Shown here piece after piece: positions 46,586 through 56,809 of a DNA stretch of 64,000 nt. The number at the start of each line of letters is the position of its first letter. The first letter of the stretch is position 1. Source of the stretch: an uncultured delta proteobacterium. GTDB lineage: Bacteria; Desulfobacterota; Binatia; Binatales; Binataceae. The stretch spans positions 207,466-271,465 of the forward strand of contig CAWILO010000005.1 in NCBI GenBank assembly GCA_963836955.1. Direction: 5' to 3'. Below the pieces are notes generated by a model that did no database searches, had not been told where the DNA came from, and saw only the letters and a program-made list of their open reading frames with translations. Both the position numbers and the translations under genes were made by a program.

Positions 46586-47764
46586 CTACCAGCGCGGGGT
46601 TTCGGCCAGGCCAATGCCGAGTGCGACCTTGCCGAGCAGTTCGCGGGCGCGAGCGTTGGACAAGGGATGATTCGGGCCTGCGCGAACGTCACGGTAATGG
46701 CGTTCCATCGGGAATTTTTTCAACATCCCGTGCGCGCCGACGACCTCCATGCAGTAGTCCACCGCCCGTATCGCGTTGTTGGTCGCGACATACTTCGGCA
46801 TCACGACTCGCGCCAGGCCATTCTCGCCTTTGAATGAATCGCGTTCGTAAATGTAGTCGCGGGCGACGCCGAGATAGAGCGCGCGCGACTGCGCGATCAG
46901 CGCTTCGGCCTCCGCGATGGCAAACTGGATGCCCGGCAGATATTTGATCGTCCGCGGCTGCGTTAACGGTTTGAGGCGGCCGGCAAATTCCTTGGCGAAC
47001 TTCAGCGCGGCAATCGCGACGCCGGTGTATGTCGCGGCGACAGAAATGCCGAACCATGCGAACAGCGAAATCGCCTGGTCGTTGACCGGGCCGATGGGCC
47101 GCGACTCCGCCATCGCGATCGCCGGCACGCGCACATCCTTGATCACCAGGTCATGGCTGGCCGTCGCGCGCATTCCCATAGCGTCCCACGTCTCGATCAG
47201 CTCGAAGCCGGGGGTGCCGCGAGGCACGACGAAGGTGGCCGACGCGGGAGGATTCGAGTCCTCGATCGTCGCCATCACCATGAACAGATCGATTACGGGC
47301 GAGAGGCTGGTGAAGGTCTTGCGGCCGTTGAGAACGTAGGTCTCCCCGTCGCGGCGCGCGCGAGTCGCGAAGTAACCCCAGTCGCCGCCGGTCTCGGGCT
47401 CGCTGATTCCGCCGCCGAGGATTTGATGGCCGCGGCCGATGACGTCGAAGAACAATTCCTCCTGCGGGCGGCCGGTGGCGCGCTCGACCATGCTGCCGAT
47501 GCCGAACAGATGCATGTTGATGGCGATCGTAGTCGCGGCGCATCCCTGCGCGAGCTGCTCCTGGCAGAGCGCAAAATCCTCGAGGTCGGCGCCGAGCCCG
47601 CCGTGTTTTTCGGGAATGACGAGCGCGGTATATCCAGCCGCTTTCATCTCGTCGACGTTTTCTACTGGGAATGTATTGGCGCGATCGTGTTCTCCGGCGC
47701 GAGTGGCAAAGTCGGCGGCAAGCTCCGCCGCAGGCGGCACAAGTTTATGGCGTCGATCAGACAT
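46586..47764 (-). CDS. acyl-CoA dehydrogenase
   Basis: ACAD N/M/C domain pattern (GGISEPETGGD; YLGVARDY). Start trimmed to MSDRRHKL. Confidence 0.8.
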   Translation of the reverse strand: MSDRRHKLVPPAAELAADFATRAGEHDRANTFPVENVDEMKAAGYTALVIPEKHGGLGADLEDFALCQEQLAQGCAATTIAINMHLFGIGSMVERATGRPQEELFFDVIGRGHQILGGGISEPETGGDWGYFATRARRDGETYVLNGRKTFTSLSPVIDLFMVMATIEDSNPPASATFVVPRGTPGFELIETWDAMGMRATASHDLVIKDVRVPAIAMAESRPIGPVNDQAISLFAWFGISVAATYTGVAIAALKFAKEFAGRLKPLTQPRTIKYLPGIQFAIAEAEALIAQSRALYLGVARDYIYERDSFKGENGLARVVMPKYVATNNAIRAVDYCMEVVGAHGMLKKFPMERHYRDVRAGPNHPLSNARARELLGKVALGIGLAETPRW

Positions 47765-47978
47765 CAGATGAACTCCGCATCGAAAAGTGCAGCGGAAACA
47801 GTGCCATGAAAGCGACGCCCGAAGAAACCTGCTCGCCGAGTGCCGGAGCGTTGGGAGAGCTGACGAGCGGGGCGGTTGCTGCGACTTCATCTCGTGAAGA
47901 CTGGACGCAGAGTTACACCGGGCGGAAACTATCAAGACGAGTGTTTTGGAGAAATAAAACCTAAATTCTGGATCGACT

Positions 47979-48428
47979 ATGAAAACGATCGATGAATTGG
48001 TGCGTGAGCTTGCTGACCGCGAAGCCATCCGCGATCTTCCAATCCGCTACTGTGATTGCATATGCCGAAATGATCTGGAGGGCCTGGTGAGTCTCTTCAC
48101 CGAGGACGGCGCTTTTATTGTAAAAGACCCCGAGAATGAAGTTGTTACGCGTGGCCGCACCGGACTTAGGAAAATGTACAAAAATCTGATCGGCGACGTG
48201 CACCCCAAGCCCTACACCCACACCCACGTCGTCGAATTGCACGGCGCGAACAGCGCGACGGGCAGATGCTACGTCGAGCTGCGCAGCGCGAAGATCAATA
48301 TGGAATGGATCGGCTCAGGCTACTACGAAGACGACTACGTAAAAGTACGCGATGAATGGAAATTCGCCTCTCGCCGCCTGATCGAAGTCGGCATGGCCAC
48401 ATCGTTAAGAACCTTCATGGTGAGTTAG
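47979..48428 (+). CDS. SnoaL-like/NTF2-fold protein
   Basis: 149 aa. NTF2-like pattern (AIRDLPIRYCDCICRNDLEGLVSLFTEDGAF). Confidence 0.55.
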   Translation: MKTIDELVRELADREAIRDLPIRYCDCICRNDLEGLVSLFTEDGAFIVKDPENEVVTRGRTGLRKMYKNLIGDVHPKPYTHTHVVELHGANSATGRCYVELRSAKINMEWIGSGYYEDDYVKVRDEWKFASRRLIEVGMATSLRTFMVS

Positions 48429-48457
48429 ACAACCGATCCAGGGGCTGGACATCCGGA

Positions 48458-49030
48458 TCAATCGTCGACGCGCGATCGGCGCTTCTTCGTCGCGCTTGTC
48501 TCCGTTGCTCTGGTAGTCACTTGGCGCCGAAGCGCATCCGGCATCCCGTCGTGCGATCCTAATCGCTTTCGCGGAACGTCTTCCCACCATTCGATCCACG
48601 GTAGCTCGCCGCGGCGATGCGGATGGAGGGGATAGTAGATCCGATTGTCGCGGCGCGACGCCTCGCCCCCAATCAGGAGTAGGGCTTCACGCTCGCCGTT
48701 GTTGATGAAGCAATGAGTGATGCCAGTCCCAGAAGGAAAGGCGGCAAAGTCACCACGCCGCATCGCGTGAGGTGAGCCGTCTATCCAGACGTCAACCTCG
48801 CCCTCCAGAACGTACACAAACTCCTCTTCCTTCTCCTCGGCGTGCGGCCATGAACTTCGCTCACCAGGCGGCAGCCGCATAAGATTGACGCCAATCTTGA
48901 CCAGGCCCGCAGCTTGTCCGATGTCTCTCGAATAACCGGTGTGCTCGTCGCTATTTGGGTAGTGATGACGTCTCTCGGGAACCGACGCAGACGCAATGAT
49001 GAATGGCGGTCTCTTGGTGCGATTCGACAT
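48458..49030 (-). CDS. cupin domain protein
   Basis: Cupin motifs (HAEEKEEEFVYVLEGE; GDFAAFP.G.GITHCF). Confidence 0.6.
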   Translation of the reverse strand: MSNRTKRPPFIIASASVPERRHHYPNSDEHTGYSRDIGQAAGLVKIGVNLMRLPPGERSSWPHAEEKEEEFVYVLEGEVDVWIDGSPHAMRRGDFAAFPSGTGITHCFINNGEREALLLIGGEASRRDNRIYYPLHPHRRGELPWIEWWEDVPRKRLGSHDGMPDALRRQVTTRATETSATKKRRSRVDD

Positions 49031-49109
49031 GCCTTCCTATAACACGAGCGGGAAACGAGACCGAGGCTTTCTCTTCCGGCATGGCAGTAACCGAAGACCA
49101 GGAGCAGTT

Positions 49110-50516
49110 TTATTTTGCAGGCGGAGAATTCGTAGTCGAATCAGCGGATCGCGGCGCGGATTGCGCCATCATCAGGCGCTGCGCGTACGGCATGATCGTC
49201 GTGAACAGATCGACTTGCGAGTCGAGCGATTTGCCGAGACCGCTCAGCAGGCCCATCATGCGGCCGACCAACAAAACGTCGGCAGGAACTTCGACGACCG
49301 GATTGGCGCGGATCGCTCGCGGGAGATCCTCCGAGAACTGCTCGACCAGGTCCTTGTCCGCGTAAGCCTTCTTCGACTTGATGGTGCTGCCGAGAAACAA
49401 GTCGGCAAACGCGAGCAGCGTATCGGGAGTGCCCGAGCGCGTGCGGAAGCCCAGCTCCTGGAACGCGGCGATGATTCCGTCGCGATTCGAAGTAAGGATC
49501 GAAAACGTCAACCGCACGATGCCGTCACGGAACGAGGGCGGGAAATCCTTGGCCAGGCCGAAATCAAGCAGCACGATTTTGGGACCGGGCTGAATGAGGA
49601 TGTTGCCGGGATGCGGATCGGCGTGGAAAAAACCGTCGCGCAGGACCTGGTCGCAGAAAATCTCGATCAACTTCTGCGCGACGAGATGCTTGTCGATTCC
49701 TGCGTGCTCGAGCGCCTCGACGTCGGTGACCTTGATGCCCTCGACGAGTTCCATCGTGAGCACGCGCCGCGTGGTGAATTCGCGATAGACCTCGGGAACG
49801 ATCACGCTGGAGTCCCCGGCGAAGTTTCGGCGCATCGTCGCCGAATTGTCGGCCTCGTGAATGAAATCCAACTCCATCGGGACGTACTTGAGCGCCTCAC
49901 GCATCAGGATCCGATAGTCGAAGTCGTGCTCGAGCTTCGCGAGCCAGTAGAGCACCGTCGTCATGTTGCGAAGATCGGCGCGAACGATGCCGTCGATGCC
50001 TGGATACTGCACCTTGACCGCGCATCGACGGCCGTCGTGAAGGCGCGCCTGATGCACCTGCGCGAGCGATGCCGACGCAAGCGGCGCCGGATCTAACTCC
50101 GCGTAAACGGACTCGAGCGGACGCCGGAGCTCGCGCTCGACCTGCTCGCGGATCATCGGAAATGGGCGCGGCGGTACGCGATCGTGCAGACCGGAGAGAG
50201 TGGATACCCATTCGTCGGGGAGCACGTCGGCGCGAGTCGCGATAAACTGGCATGCCTTGATCAGCAAGCCTTCCAGACGGATCGCGGTGCTGTTGAGCGC
50301 TTGCGCGGCGCGGAGGTCCTGGCGGCGATATAGCTCGGCCTTGTTGCGGTCGCTGATGAAGCGCGTCCAGAGCTGCGTGCCTTTGTAGCCCGCGTACACG
50401 TACGCCGCGAGCCAGACGACGTTCGAGAAGCGCCAGGCACGAGTGGCGAGGCCGGGCTTGGGCACGTCGGCGGGAAAATCGAAGCTGCGGTCGATAATCG
50501 GGTTAGTCATGCGCAA
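49110..50516 (-). CDS. ubiB: ABC1/UbiB family atypical kinase
   Basis: ABC1 motifs (ASASLAQVHQARL; AVKVQYPG; HADPHPGNIL; LLDFG). Confidence 0.8.
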   Translation of the reverse strand: MRMTNPIIDRSFDFPADVPKPGLATRAWRFSNVVWLAAYVYAGYKGTQLWTRFISDRNKAELYRRQDLRAAQALNSTAIRLEGLLIKACQFIATRADVLPDEWVSTLSGLHDRVPPRPFPMIREQVERELRRPLESVYAELDPAPLASASLAQVHQARLHDGRRCAVKVQYPGIDGIVRADLRNMTTVLYWLAKLEHDFDYRILMREALKYVPMELDFIHEADNSATMRRNFAGDSSVIVPEVYREFTTRRVLTMELVEGIKVTDVEALEHAGIDKHLVAQKLIEIFCDQVLRDGFFHADPHPGNILIQPGPKIVLLDFGLAKDFPPSFRDGIVRLTFSILTSNRDGIIAAFQELGFRTRSGTPDTLLAFADLFLGSTIKSKKAYADKDLVEQFSEDLPRAIRANPVVEVPADVLLVGRMMGLLSGLGKSLDSQVDLFTTIMPYAQRLMMAQSAPRSADSTTNSPPAK

Positions 50517-50583
50517 CAGTCAAAACAAATCCTATTTGATGCGTATGACTCTGAGAACAGACTGTCCATTTCGCCGCATTAGA

Positions 50584-50632
50584 AGTCGCTTGACTGATGA
50601 TAAGCGACTCGAATATTCTCTCGCTCCATGAA
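50584..50632 (+). promoter_or_regulatory. candidate sigma70-type promoter with overlapping 8-bp perfect inverted repeat (operator-like)
   Basis: TTGACT (50590-95), 18-nt spacer, TATTCT. AGTCGCTT(N10)AAGCGACT palindrome spans the -35. Confidence 0.35.
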
Positions 50633-50710
50633 GCCAAGTAGTGTTGTACGTCAAGTCCCCAATTCAATGAGGGTCCTCCTGAATTGAGACGGACATCGAT
50701 ACTTGGCTCT

Positions 50711-50752
50711 AAAAGGCCCCGGGCGCTTGCGAGCCCCGGGGCTTTTTCTTTT
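50711..50752 (+). terminator. intrinsic terminator-like hairpin plus T-run in the leader just upstream of the MFS transporter start
   Basis: AAAAGGCCCCGGG-cgcttgcgag-CCCGGGGCTTTTTCTTTT. A perfect 8-bp GC stem extended by A/T pairs, then a T tract. Confidence 0.6.
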
Positions 50753-50763
50753 GGCGCGACAGA

Positions 50764-52035
50764 TTGGATAGGGAAATTTCCGTGGATATTGTACGACCTC
50801 ATGCTCCGACAATTCGCGATATTATCCGCCGCTACTACACGGTATGGGGACTGTACTCGTTCGCCGGTGGATTTCTTTTCGGCGTCTACCCAATCTTCCT
50901 GCGCTCGCGCGGACTCAGCCAGTTTCAGATAAACAGCGTACTGGCGACGTACTTCCTCGTCCTGTTCCTGACCGACGTGCCTACCGGTGCGTTCGCCGAT
51001 CTGCTGGGCAGGCGCCGCTCGTACGTGCTGGGCGCGTCGCTCCGGGTCTGCGCGTTCCTGCTGTATTTCGTCGCGCATCATTACTACGTGTTCCTCATCG
51101 CGGAGAGTATCGACGGTATCGGCACGACCTTCGGCAATGGCGCGATTGACGCGTGGGGCGTCGATGCGCTCGACCAGGCCGGCTACGACGGACTCAAGGA
51201 CCGGCTGTTCTCGCGCATCTCGCAACTGACGACGATTGGCTTCATGGGGTCGGCGATGATCGGCGCGTACGTCGCCGACGTCAATGTCGCATGGCCGTGG
51301 CTGCTCGGCGCCGGCGGCTACATTATCGCCGGCACGATGGGCGCATTTTTGATGCACGACGAGCCTCCGCGCGCGACGACCGTCAGGATCGCGGCGATCC
51401 CGCGGCAAGTCGCCGCCAACGTGGGCGACGGTATTCGCGCCGGACTGGGCGCGCACACCGTGCTTATGCTGAGCATCGCGAACGCCATCACGTTCGCGGC
51501 GTGGGCGCCGTATTGGATTTCGTGGCCGATCATGTTCAACGAGAGCCTCGGCGTAGGCGTGTGGGTCATCGGTTGGATCTATTGCGGTTTGTCGGCCGCG
51601 CGGCTGATCGGTGCGGAGGTAAGCGCGCGGCTGGTCGTGGACGAATCGCAGCGTGCGGCGCGGGTGAGCATGATGGTTATCGCCGCGAGCGCGATGCTGT
51701 TCCTGGCGGGGCTGTTCGGCGGCCGGCCGGCGGTGTCGCTCGCGATGCTGTTCATCATGAATCTGTTCACGGGCGCGATGATGCCGTTGGTTCAGAGCTG
51801 GTTCAACGAGCAGATCGAATCGGGCAATCGCGCGACCCTGTTGTCATTCAACAGCACCTTCCAGACGATGGGCGGTGCAGCAGGCCTGCTGTTAGCCGGG
51901 CGAATCGCGGACACGGCTGGAATACCGTTCGAGTGGCAGATCGCGGGGCTGATCTCGATGTGCGCCGCGCCGGTGTATTGGGCAACGCGCCGTCGCGAGG
52001 ACGAAGAGGTAGCGCTCGCAGGCACCGCGAAGTGA
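50764..52035 (+). CDS. MFS transporter
   Basis: 423 aa, about 12 predicted TM helices, MFS motif region (GAFADLLGRRRS). Start codon uncertain (TTG 50764 or GTG 50785). Confidence 0.8.
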   Translation: MDREISVDIVRPHAPTIRDIIRRYYTVWGLYSFAGGFLFGVYPIFLRSRGLSQFQINSVLATYFLVLFLTDVPTGAFADLLGRRRSYVLGASLRVCAFLLYFVAHHYYVFLIAESIDGIGTTFGNGAIDAWGVDALDQAGYDGLKDRLFSRISQLTTIGFMGSAMIGAYVADVNVAWPWLLGAGGYIIAGTMGAFLMHDEPPRATTVRIAAIPRQVAANVGDGIRAGLGAHTVLMLSIANAITFAAWAPYWISWPIMFNESLGVGVWVIGWIYCGLSAARLIGAEVSARLVVDESQRAARVSMMVIAASAMLFLAGLFGGRPAVSLAMLFIMNLFTGAMMPLVQSWFNEQIESGNRATLLSFNSTFQTMGGAAGLLLAGRIADTAGIPFEWQIAGLISMCAAPVYWATRRREDEEVALAGTAK

Positions 52036-52064
52036 GCGAGTCACAAAGACGGATCTTCTGTCGA

Positions 52065-52163
52065 CCGAGAGCAAAGTAGTGCGCTGCGCGCAACTTTGCG
52101 ATTGACACTGGCTGCAGGGGTCACCCCTGCCCAGGGAAGTGTGAAACCCACGGTGGGTTTCAC
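52065..52163 (+). repeat. palindromic repeat element copy C (extended triple-hairpin form)
   Basis: Matches copy B (reverse complement) over about 100 bp and copy A over the 3' 58 bp. Confidence 0.8.
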
Positions 52164-52234
52164 TACGTCAAGTTCCTAACGGCCGCGCCCCTACTAGCGG
52201 CGTAGGCGGGCGTCCGTTAAAACTTATAGGTCTT

Positions 52235-53443
52235 ATGGATTTCCCACGAATCAAGCGGCTGCCACCCTATGTCTTCAACGCGATCGGTGAATTGTGCCTG
52301 CAGGCGCGGCGAGCCGGTGAGGACATAATCGACTTCGGGATGGGAAATCCTGACGAAGCGACCCCGCCACACATCGTGGCGAAGCTGGTCGAGGCGGCTA
52401 CCAAGAACGCGAACCATCGCTACTCGGTCTCGCGCGGGGTGTACAAGCTGCGGCTTGCGATCTGCGATTGGTACAAGCGGCGCTACGGCGTCGAACTCGA
52501 TCCCGATTCGGAAGCGATCGTCACGATCGGATCGAAGGAAGGGATCGCGCACCTGGCGCTGGCGATTCTCGACCAGGGTGACGTGGTGCTCGCGCCGACG
52601 CCGACCTATCCGATTCATCAGTATGGATGCATCATTGCGGGCGCGCAGGTGCAGGGTGTGCCGATTCGCCGCGGCGAGGAATTTTTCGACGAGCTGATGT
52701 CGACGGTGAATCGATGCTGGCCGCGGCCGAAGTTCCTCATCATGAACTTCCCGCATAACCCGACTACTGCGACCGTCGATTTGCACTTCATGAATCGGGT
52801 GGTCGAGTTCGCGCGCGAAAACGACATCATGGTCGCGCAGGATTTTGCGTACGCGGACCTGTGCTTCGACGGATACAAGGCGCCGTCGATGATGCAGGTG
52901 GCGGGCGCGAAGGATATCGGCGTCGAGTTCTTCACGCTGTCGAAGAGTTACAACATGCCGGGCTGGCGCGTCGGATTCGCGGTCGGCAATCGCGAGATGA
53001 TCGCGGCGCTGGCGCGACTGAAATCGTACTTCGACTACGGGATGTTCGCGCCGGTGCAGGTCGCGGCGATCGCGGCGCTCAACGGGCCGCAGGAATGCGT
53101 CGCCGAGATCAACGCGACGTACAAGCGCCGGCGCGACGTGCTGGTCGACGGACTCAACCGCGCCGGTTGGCCGGTCGAGAAGCCCAAGGCGACGATGTTC
53201 GTGTGGGCGCCGATTCCGGAGCCGTTTCGCGCGATGGGCTCGCTCGAGTTCTCGAAGTTCCTGCTCGCGGAGGCCAAGGTCGCGGTCTCGCCGGGCATCG
53301 GCTTCGGGCAGGACGGCGACGGCTTCGTGCGCTTCGCGTTAATCGAGAACGAGCATCGCACGCGCCAGGCTATTCGCGGAATTCGTCACGCGCTGCGCGC
53401 CGGTCACGCCGAAATCCCGGTGCGCACGGCCAGCGCCTCCTGA
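52235..53443 (+). CDS. class I/II pyridoxal-phosphate aminotransferase (alanine/aspartate aminotransferase-like)
   Basis: 402 aa. PLP-lysine region ([15 protein letters not shown]); N-terminal KRLPPYVF motif typical of AlaC-like enzymes. Confidence 0.8.
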   Translation: MDFPRIKRLPPYVFNAIGELCLQARRAGEDIIDFGMGNPDEATPPHIVAKLVEAATKNANHRYSVSRGVYKLRLAICDWYKRRYGVELDPDSEAIVTIGSKEGIAHLALAILDQGDVVLAPTPTYPIHQYGCIIAGAQVQGVPIRRGEEFFDELMSTVNRCWPRPKFLIMNFPHNPTTATVDLHFMNRVVEFARENDIMVAQDFAYADLCFDGYKAPSMMQVAGAKDIGVEFFTLSKSYNMPGWRVGFAVGNREMIAALARLKSYFDYGMFAPVQVAAIAALNGPQECVAEINATYKRRRDVLVDGLNRAGWPVEKPKATMFVWAPIPEPFRAMGSLEFSKFLLAEAKVAVSPGIGFGQDGDGFVRFALIENEHRTRQAIRGIRHALRAGHAEIPVRTASAS

Positions 53444-53472
53444 GCGCAATCGCCAAAGCATCGGGGGATGAG

Positions 53473-54780
53473 TTGAAGCCGGTACGGATTGCCCTGCTCG
53501 GATGCGGAACCGTGGGAGGCGGTGTGGTGAAGCTGCTGCTGCGCAATCCTGACAAGTACGAACGCATCCTCGGCGCGCCGCTCGAGCTCGCTGCCGTCGC
53601 CGATCGAAGCCTCAAGCCTGACGACGTGCCTGGTCTGCCGGCGAAACTAATTACGCGCGATTCCGCAGCAGTAGTCACCCGTCCTGATATCGATATCGTC
53701 GTCGAGCTGTTTGGCGGTCATGAACCTGCGCGCGCATTGATCATGAAGGCCCTGGCCGCCGGCAAGGACGTCGTTACCGGCAACAAGGCATTGCTTGCGG
53801 AGCATGGCGGCGAGATCTTTCGCTTGGCTGGCAAGCACGGCCTTGCGGTTGGCTTCGAGGCGAGCGTCGGCGGTGGCGTGCCGATTATCCGCACACTGCG
53901 CGAGGCGCTGGCGGGAGATCGCCAACGCGCCGTTTACGGAATCGTCAACGGCACCTGCAATTCCATTCTCACCACCATGACGGACAACGGCGTCGAGTTC
54001 AGCTCCGCACTGGCCGACGCGCAGGCGAAAGGTTTAGCCGAGGCGAACCCGGCCGTCGATGTCGAGGGACATGACTCTGCGCACAAACTTTGCCTGCTGG
54101 TCACGCTCGCATTCGGTGTGCTGGTAAAACCGGCGCAGATTTACACCGAAGGGATCACGCAAATCACGCAGTCCGATATCGCGTATGCGCGCGAGCTGGG
54201 CTACGCGATCAAGCTGCTCGCGATAGGCAAGGATGACGACGGCGCCATCGAGGCGCGCGTGCATCCCACGATGATCCCGCAACGCCATCTGCTGGCGGGC
54301 GTGGGCGGCGCCTTCAATGCTATCTATATCCACGGCGATGCGCTTGGCGCGACCATGTATTCCGGGCTCGGCGCGGGCGAGATGCCTTCGGCGACGGCGG
54401 TGATGGCCGACATACTCGAAATCGCGCGGCATCGATTGGCCGAAGGTTCGGCGCGAACGCACGCGTTTGGATTTCCGATTCACCTGATGAAGGGCGCCAG
54501 TGTCAAGCCAATGGACGACGTGGTATGCGAGTATTACCTGCGGTTCATGGCGCAGAATAAGCCCGGGGTGCTCGGCGCGATCGCGTCGGTGCTGGGCCGG
54601 CATGGGCTGTCGATCGCGTCGGTTATCCAGAAGGATCGCGGAACGGCGCGGACGGTGCCGGTCATCATGCGGACGCATGACGCGCCCGAGCGCAGCCTGA
54701 AACGCGCGCTGGCGGAGATTCGTAGGAAGAAAATCGTGCAATCGGCCCCCGCATTTATTCGAATCGAGGAGAACCTTTAG
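53473..54780 (+). CDS. hom: homoserine dehydrogenase
   Basis: NAD-binding N-terminus (VRIALLGCGTVGGGV), catalytic domain and C-terminal ACT domain (YYLRFMAQNKPGVLGAIASVLG). Start set at TTG 53473; the 639-aa ORF upstream part is alternate-frame overlap with the aminotransferase. Confidence 0.85.
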   Translation: MKPVRIALLGCGTVGGGVVKLLLRNPDKYERILGAPLELAAVADRSLKPDDVPGLPAKLITRDSAAVVTRPDIDIVVELFGGHEPARALIMKALAAGKDVVTGNKALLAEHGGEIFRLAGKHGLAVGFEASVGGGVPIIRTLREALAGDRQRAVYGIVNGTCNSILTTMTDNGVEFSSALADAQAKGLAEANPAVDVEGHDSAHKLCLLVTLAFGVLVKPAQIYTEGITQITQSDIAYARELGYAIKLLAIGKDDDGAIEARVHPTMIPQRHLLAGVGGAFNAIYIHGDALGATMYSGLGAGEMPSATAVMADILEIARHRLAEGSARTHAFGFPIHLMKGASVKPMDDVVCEYYLRFMAQNKPGVLGAIASVLGRHGLSIASVIQKDRGTARTVPVIMRTHDAPERSLKRALAEIRRKKIVQSAPAFIRIEENL

Positions 54781-54783
54781 TCG

Positions 54784-55884
54784 ATGGCGGCGGACTCGAA
54801 GAGCGGATCGAAAAATCGGCGGCTGTTTCACTGGCCCGGCCTTATCGAGCACTACCGACGCTTCCTGCCGGTGACTGATTCGACGCCGATCGTCACGCTG
54901 AACGAGGGCAACACGCCGCTTATCGAGGCGCCCTCAATCGCAGAGCGGCTCGGCTTGAACATCAAGGTTTACTTTAAGTTCGAGGGCGCCAACCCGACTG
55001 GCTCATTCAAGGACCGGGGCATGACCCTGGCTATTTCGAAGGCGCTGGGCGAGAGCGCTCGCGCCGTGATCTGCGCCTCGACCGGGAACACGGCAGCGTC
55101 GGCGGCAGCGTACGCAGGCCGCGCGGGTCTGAAGGCGTTCGTGCTGATTCCCAAAGGCGCAGTCGCACTGGGCAAGTTGTCGCAGAGCGTGATGCATGGT
55201 GCGCGGGTGCTCGAAGTGATTGGCAACTTCGATATCTGTCTCAAGGTGGTGCGCGACGTCGCCGAGCGCGATCCGGTCAAGATTCGGCTGGTGAACAGCG
55301 TGAATCCCGATCGAATCGCGGGGCAGAAAACGGCGGCGTTCGAGATTTGCGATCAACTGGGCGACGCGCCAACGCATCATTTTCTGCCGGTCGGGAACGC
55401 CGGGAATATCACGGCGTACTGGGCGGGCTACCAGGAATACAAGTCGGTGGGACTGAGCGAGCGGATTCCCAAGATGATGGGCTACCAGGCGTCGGAGTCA
55501 GCTCCAATCGTCGTCGGTCATCCGATCGACGATCCGCACACCGTGGCGACAGCGATTAAAATCGGCAATCCCGCGAGCTGGAAGGGCGCAACCGACGCGC
55601 GCGACGAGTCGGGCGGGATCATCGACATGGTCACCGATTCGGAAATCCTCGCGGCGTATCGGCTAATCGCGGCGGGCGGCGTGTTTGCCGAGCCGGCGTC
55701 TGCCGCTTCTGTCGCGGGCCTGCTCAAGTACGCGGGTGCCGGGCTGCTCAAGCCGGGATCGGTGGTGGTCTGCACGCTCACGGGTCACGGCCTGAAGGAT
55801 CCCGACACAGCGCTGAAAAACTTAAGTAATACGATCGTGGTCGAACCGGACATCGCGAAAGTGTTGAAAATTCTCGACGAGTAA
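54784..55884 (+). CDS. thrC: threonine synthase
   Basis: PLP-lysine motif (NPTGSFKDRGM) and full-length ThrC pattern. Confidence 0.9.
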   Translation: MAADSKSGSKNRRLFHWPGLIEHYRRFLPVTDSTPIVTLNEGNTPLIEAPSIAERLGLNIKVYFKFEGANPTGSFKDRGMTLAISKALGESARAVICASTGNTAASAAAYAGRAGLKAFVLIPKGAVALGKLSQSVMHGARVLEVIGNFDICLKVVRDVAERDPVKIRLVNSVNPDRIAGQKTAAFEICDQLGDAPTHHFLPVGNAGNITAYWAGYQEYKSVGLSERIPKMMGYQASESAPIVVGHPIDDPHTVATAIKIGNPASWKGATDARDESGGIIDMVTDSEILAAYRLIAAGGVFAEPASAASVAGLLKYAGAGLLKPGSVVVCTLTGHGLKDPDTALKNLSNTIVVEPDIAKVLKILDE

Positions 55885-55894
55885 TCCGAGTCAG

Positions 55895-56809
55895 ATGAAG
55901 ATGGAAAGAACCGACGAGCTCGCGATGTTTCGCACGGCGCTCGAGATCGCCGATCTTCATCCGGACGCAGTCAGGTTGCCCGACGACCATCAGGTGATCA
56001 TCGGCGCGCTCCGCTTTCATTACCTCGACTGGGGCGGATCGGGCGCGCCGATCCTTTTCCTGCACGGCGGCGGCATCAACGCGCATACCTGGGATTGCGT
56101 TGCGGTGATGTTGCGCGAACGCTATCGATGCATCGCACTCGATCAACGTGGTCATGGCGACAGCGAATGGTCACCGGTCGTCGACTACCGAATCGCGGCC
56201 CATGTTGGCGATATCGAGGGCTTTGTCACGGCGATGGGATTGGAGCGTCCGATCGTGGTCGGGCAATCGATGGGCGGTCTCAATACGATCGCCTATGCGT
56301 CGCGCCACAGCGACACGATGCGCGCGATGGTGATTGTCGATGTCGCGCCGGAGGTCAGCGCTTCAGGCGCGGAGCGGATTCGCGCATTCTCGTCCACGCC
56401 CGAGCTGGATTCGGCACAGGAATTTCTGGAACGCGCGGTCAAGTTCAATCCGTTGCGCGATCCCGGGGTGTTGCGCCGCAGCCTCTACTACAATCTGCGC
56501 GAGACGCCCGCTGGCAAATGGACGTTCAAGCATGATCAACGACGTCGTTCCGAAGACGCGATGCGATCCTTCACCGAGGATCGCGAGCGGCTCGTGTCAG
56601 AACTCTCCAGGATCAAATGCCCAACCCTGGTAGTCCGCGGGGCGTTGAGCGACGTACTGACCGACGACGCCGCCGAGAAATTCGCGCGCTCGCTGCCTGA
56701 TGGCCGATGGGTGCGGGTCGAGAAGTCGGGTCACAACGTGCAGGGCGACAATCCGCGAGCGCTGCTTGATGCGATGCTCACCTTTTTCAGCCAAGCGGGA
56801 ATTTCCTGA
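55895..56809 (+). CDS. alpha/beta hydrolase
   Basis: HG motif (LFLHGGG) and nucleophile elbow (GQSMGG). Confidence 0.75.
   Translation: MKMERTDELAMFRTALEIADLHPDAVRLPDDHQVIIGALRFHYLDWGGSGAPILFLHGGGINAHTWDCVAVMLRERYRCIALDQRGHGDSEWSPVVDYRIAAHVGDIEGFVTAMGLERPIVVGQSMGGLNTIAYASRHSDTMRAMVIVDVAPEVSASGAERIRAFSSTPELDSAQEFLERAVKFNPLRDPGVLRRSLYYNLRETPAGKWTFKHDQRRRSEDAMRSFTEDRERLVSELSRIKCPTLVVRGALSDVLTDDAAEKFARSLPDGRWVRVEKSGHNVQGDNPRALLDAMLTFFSQAGIS

Noticed and set aside
52861-53472. Upstream 200 codons of the 639-aa ORF as an N-terminal extension of homoserine dehydrogenase
   Set aside because: This part is Arg/Gly-rich alternate-frame overlap with the aminotransferase gene. Hom homology starts at VRIALLGCGTVGG, with a TTG start and SD immediately upstream.
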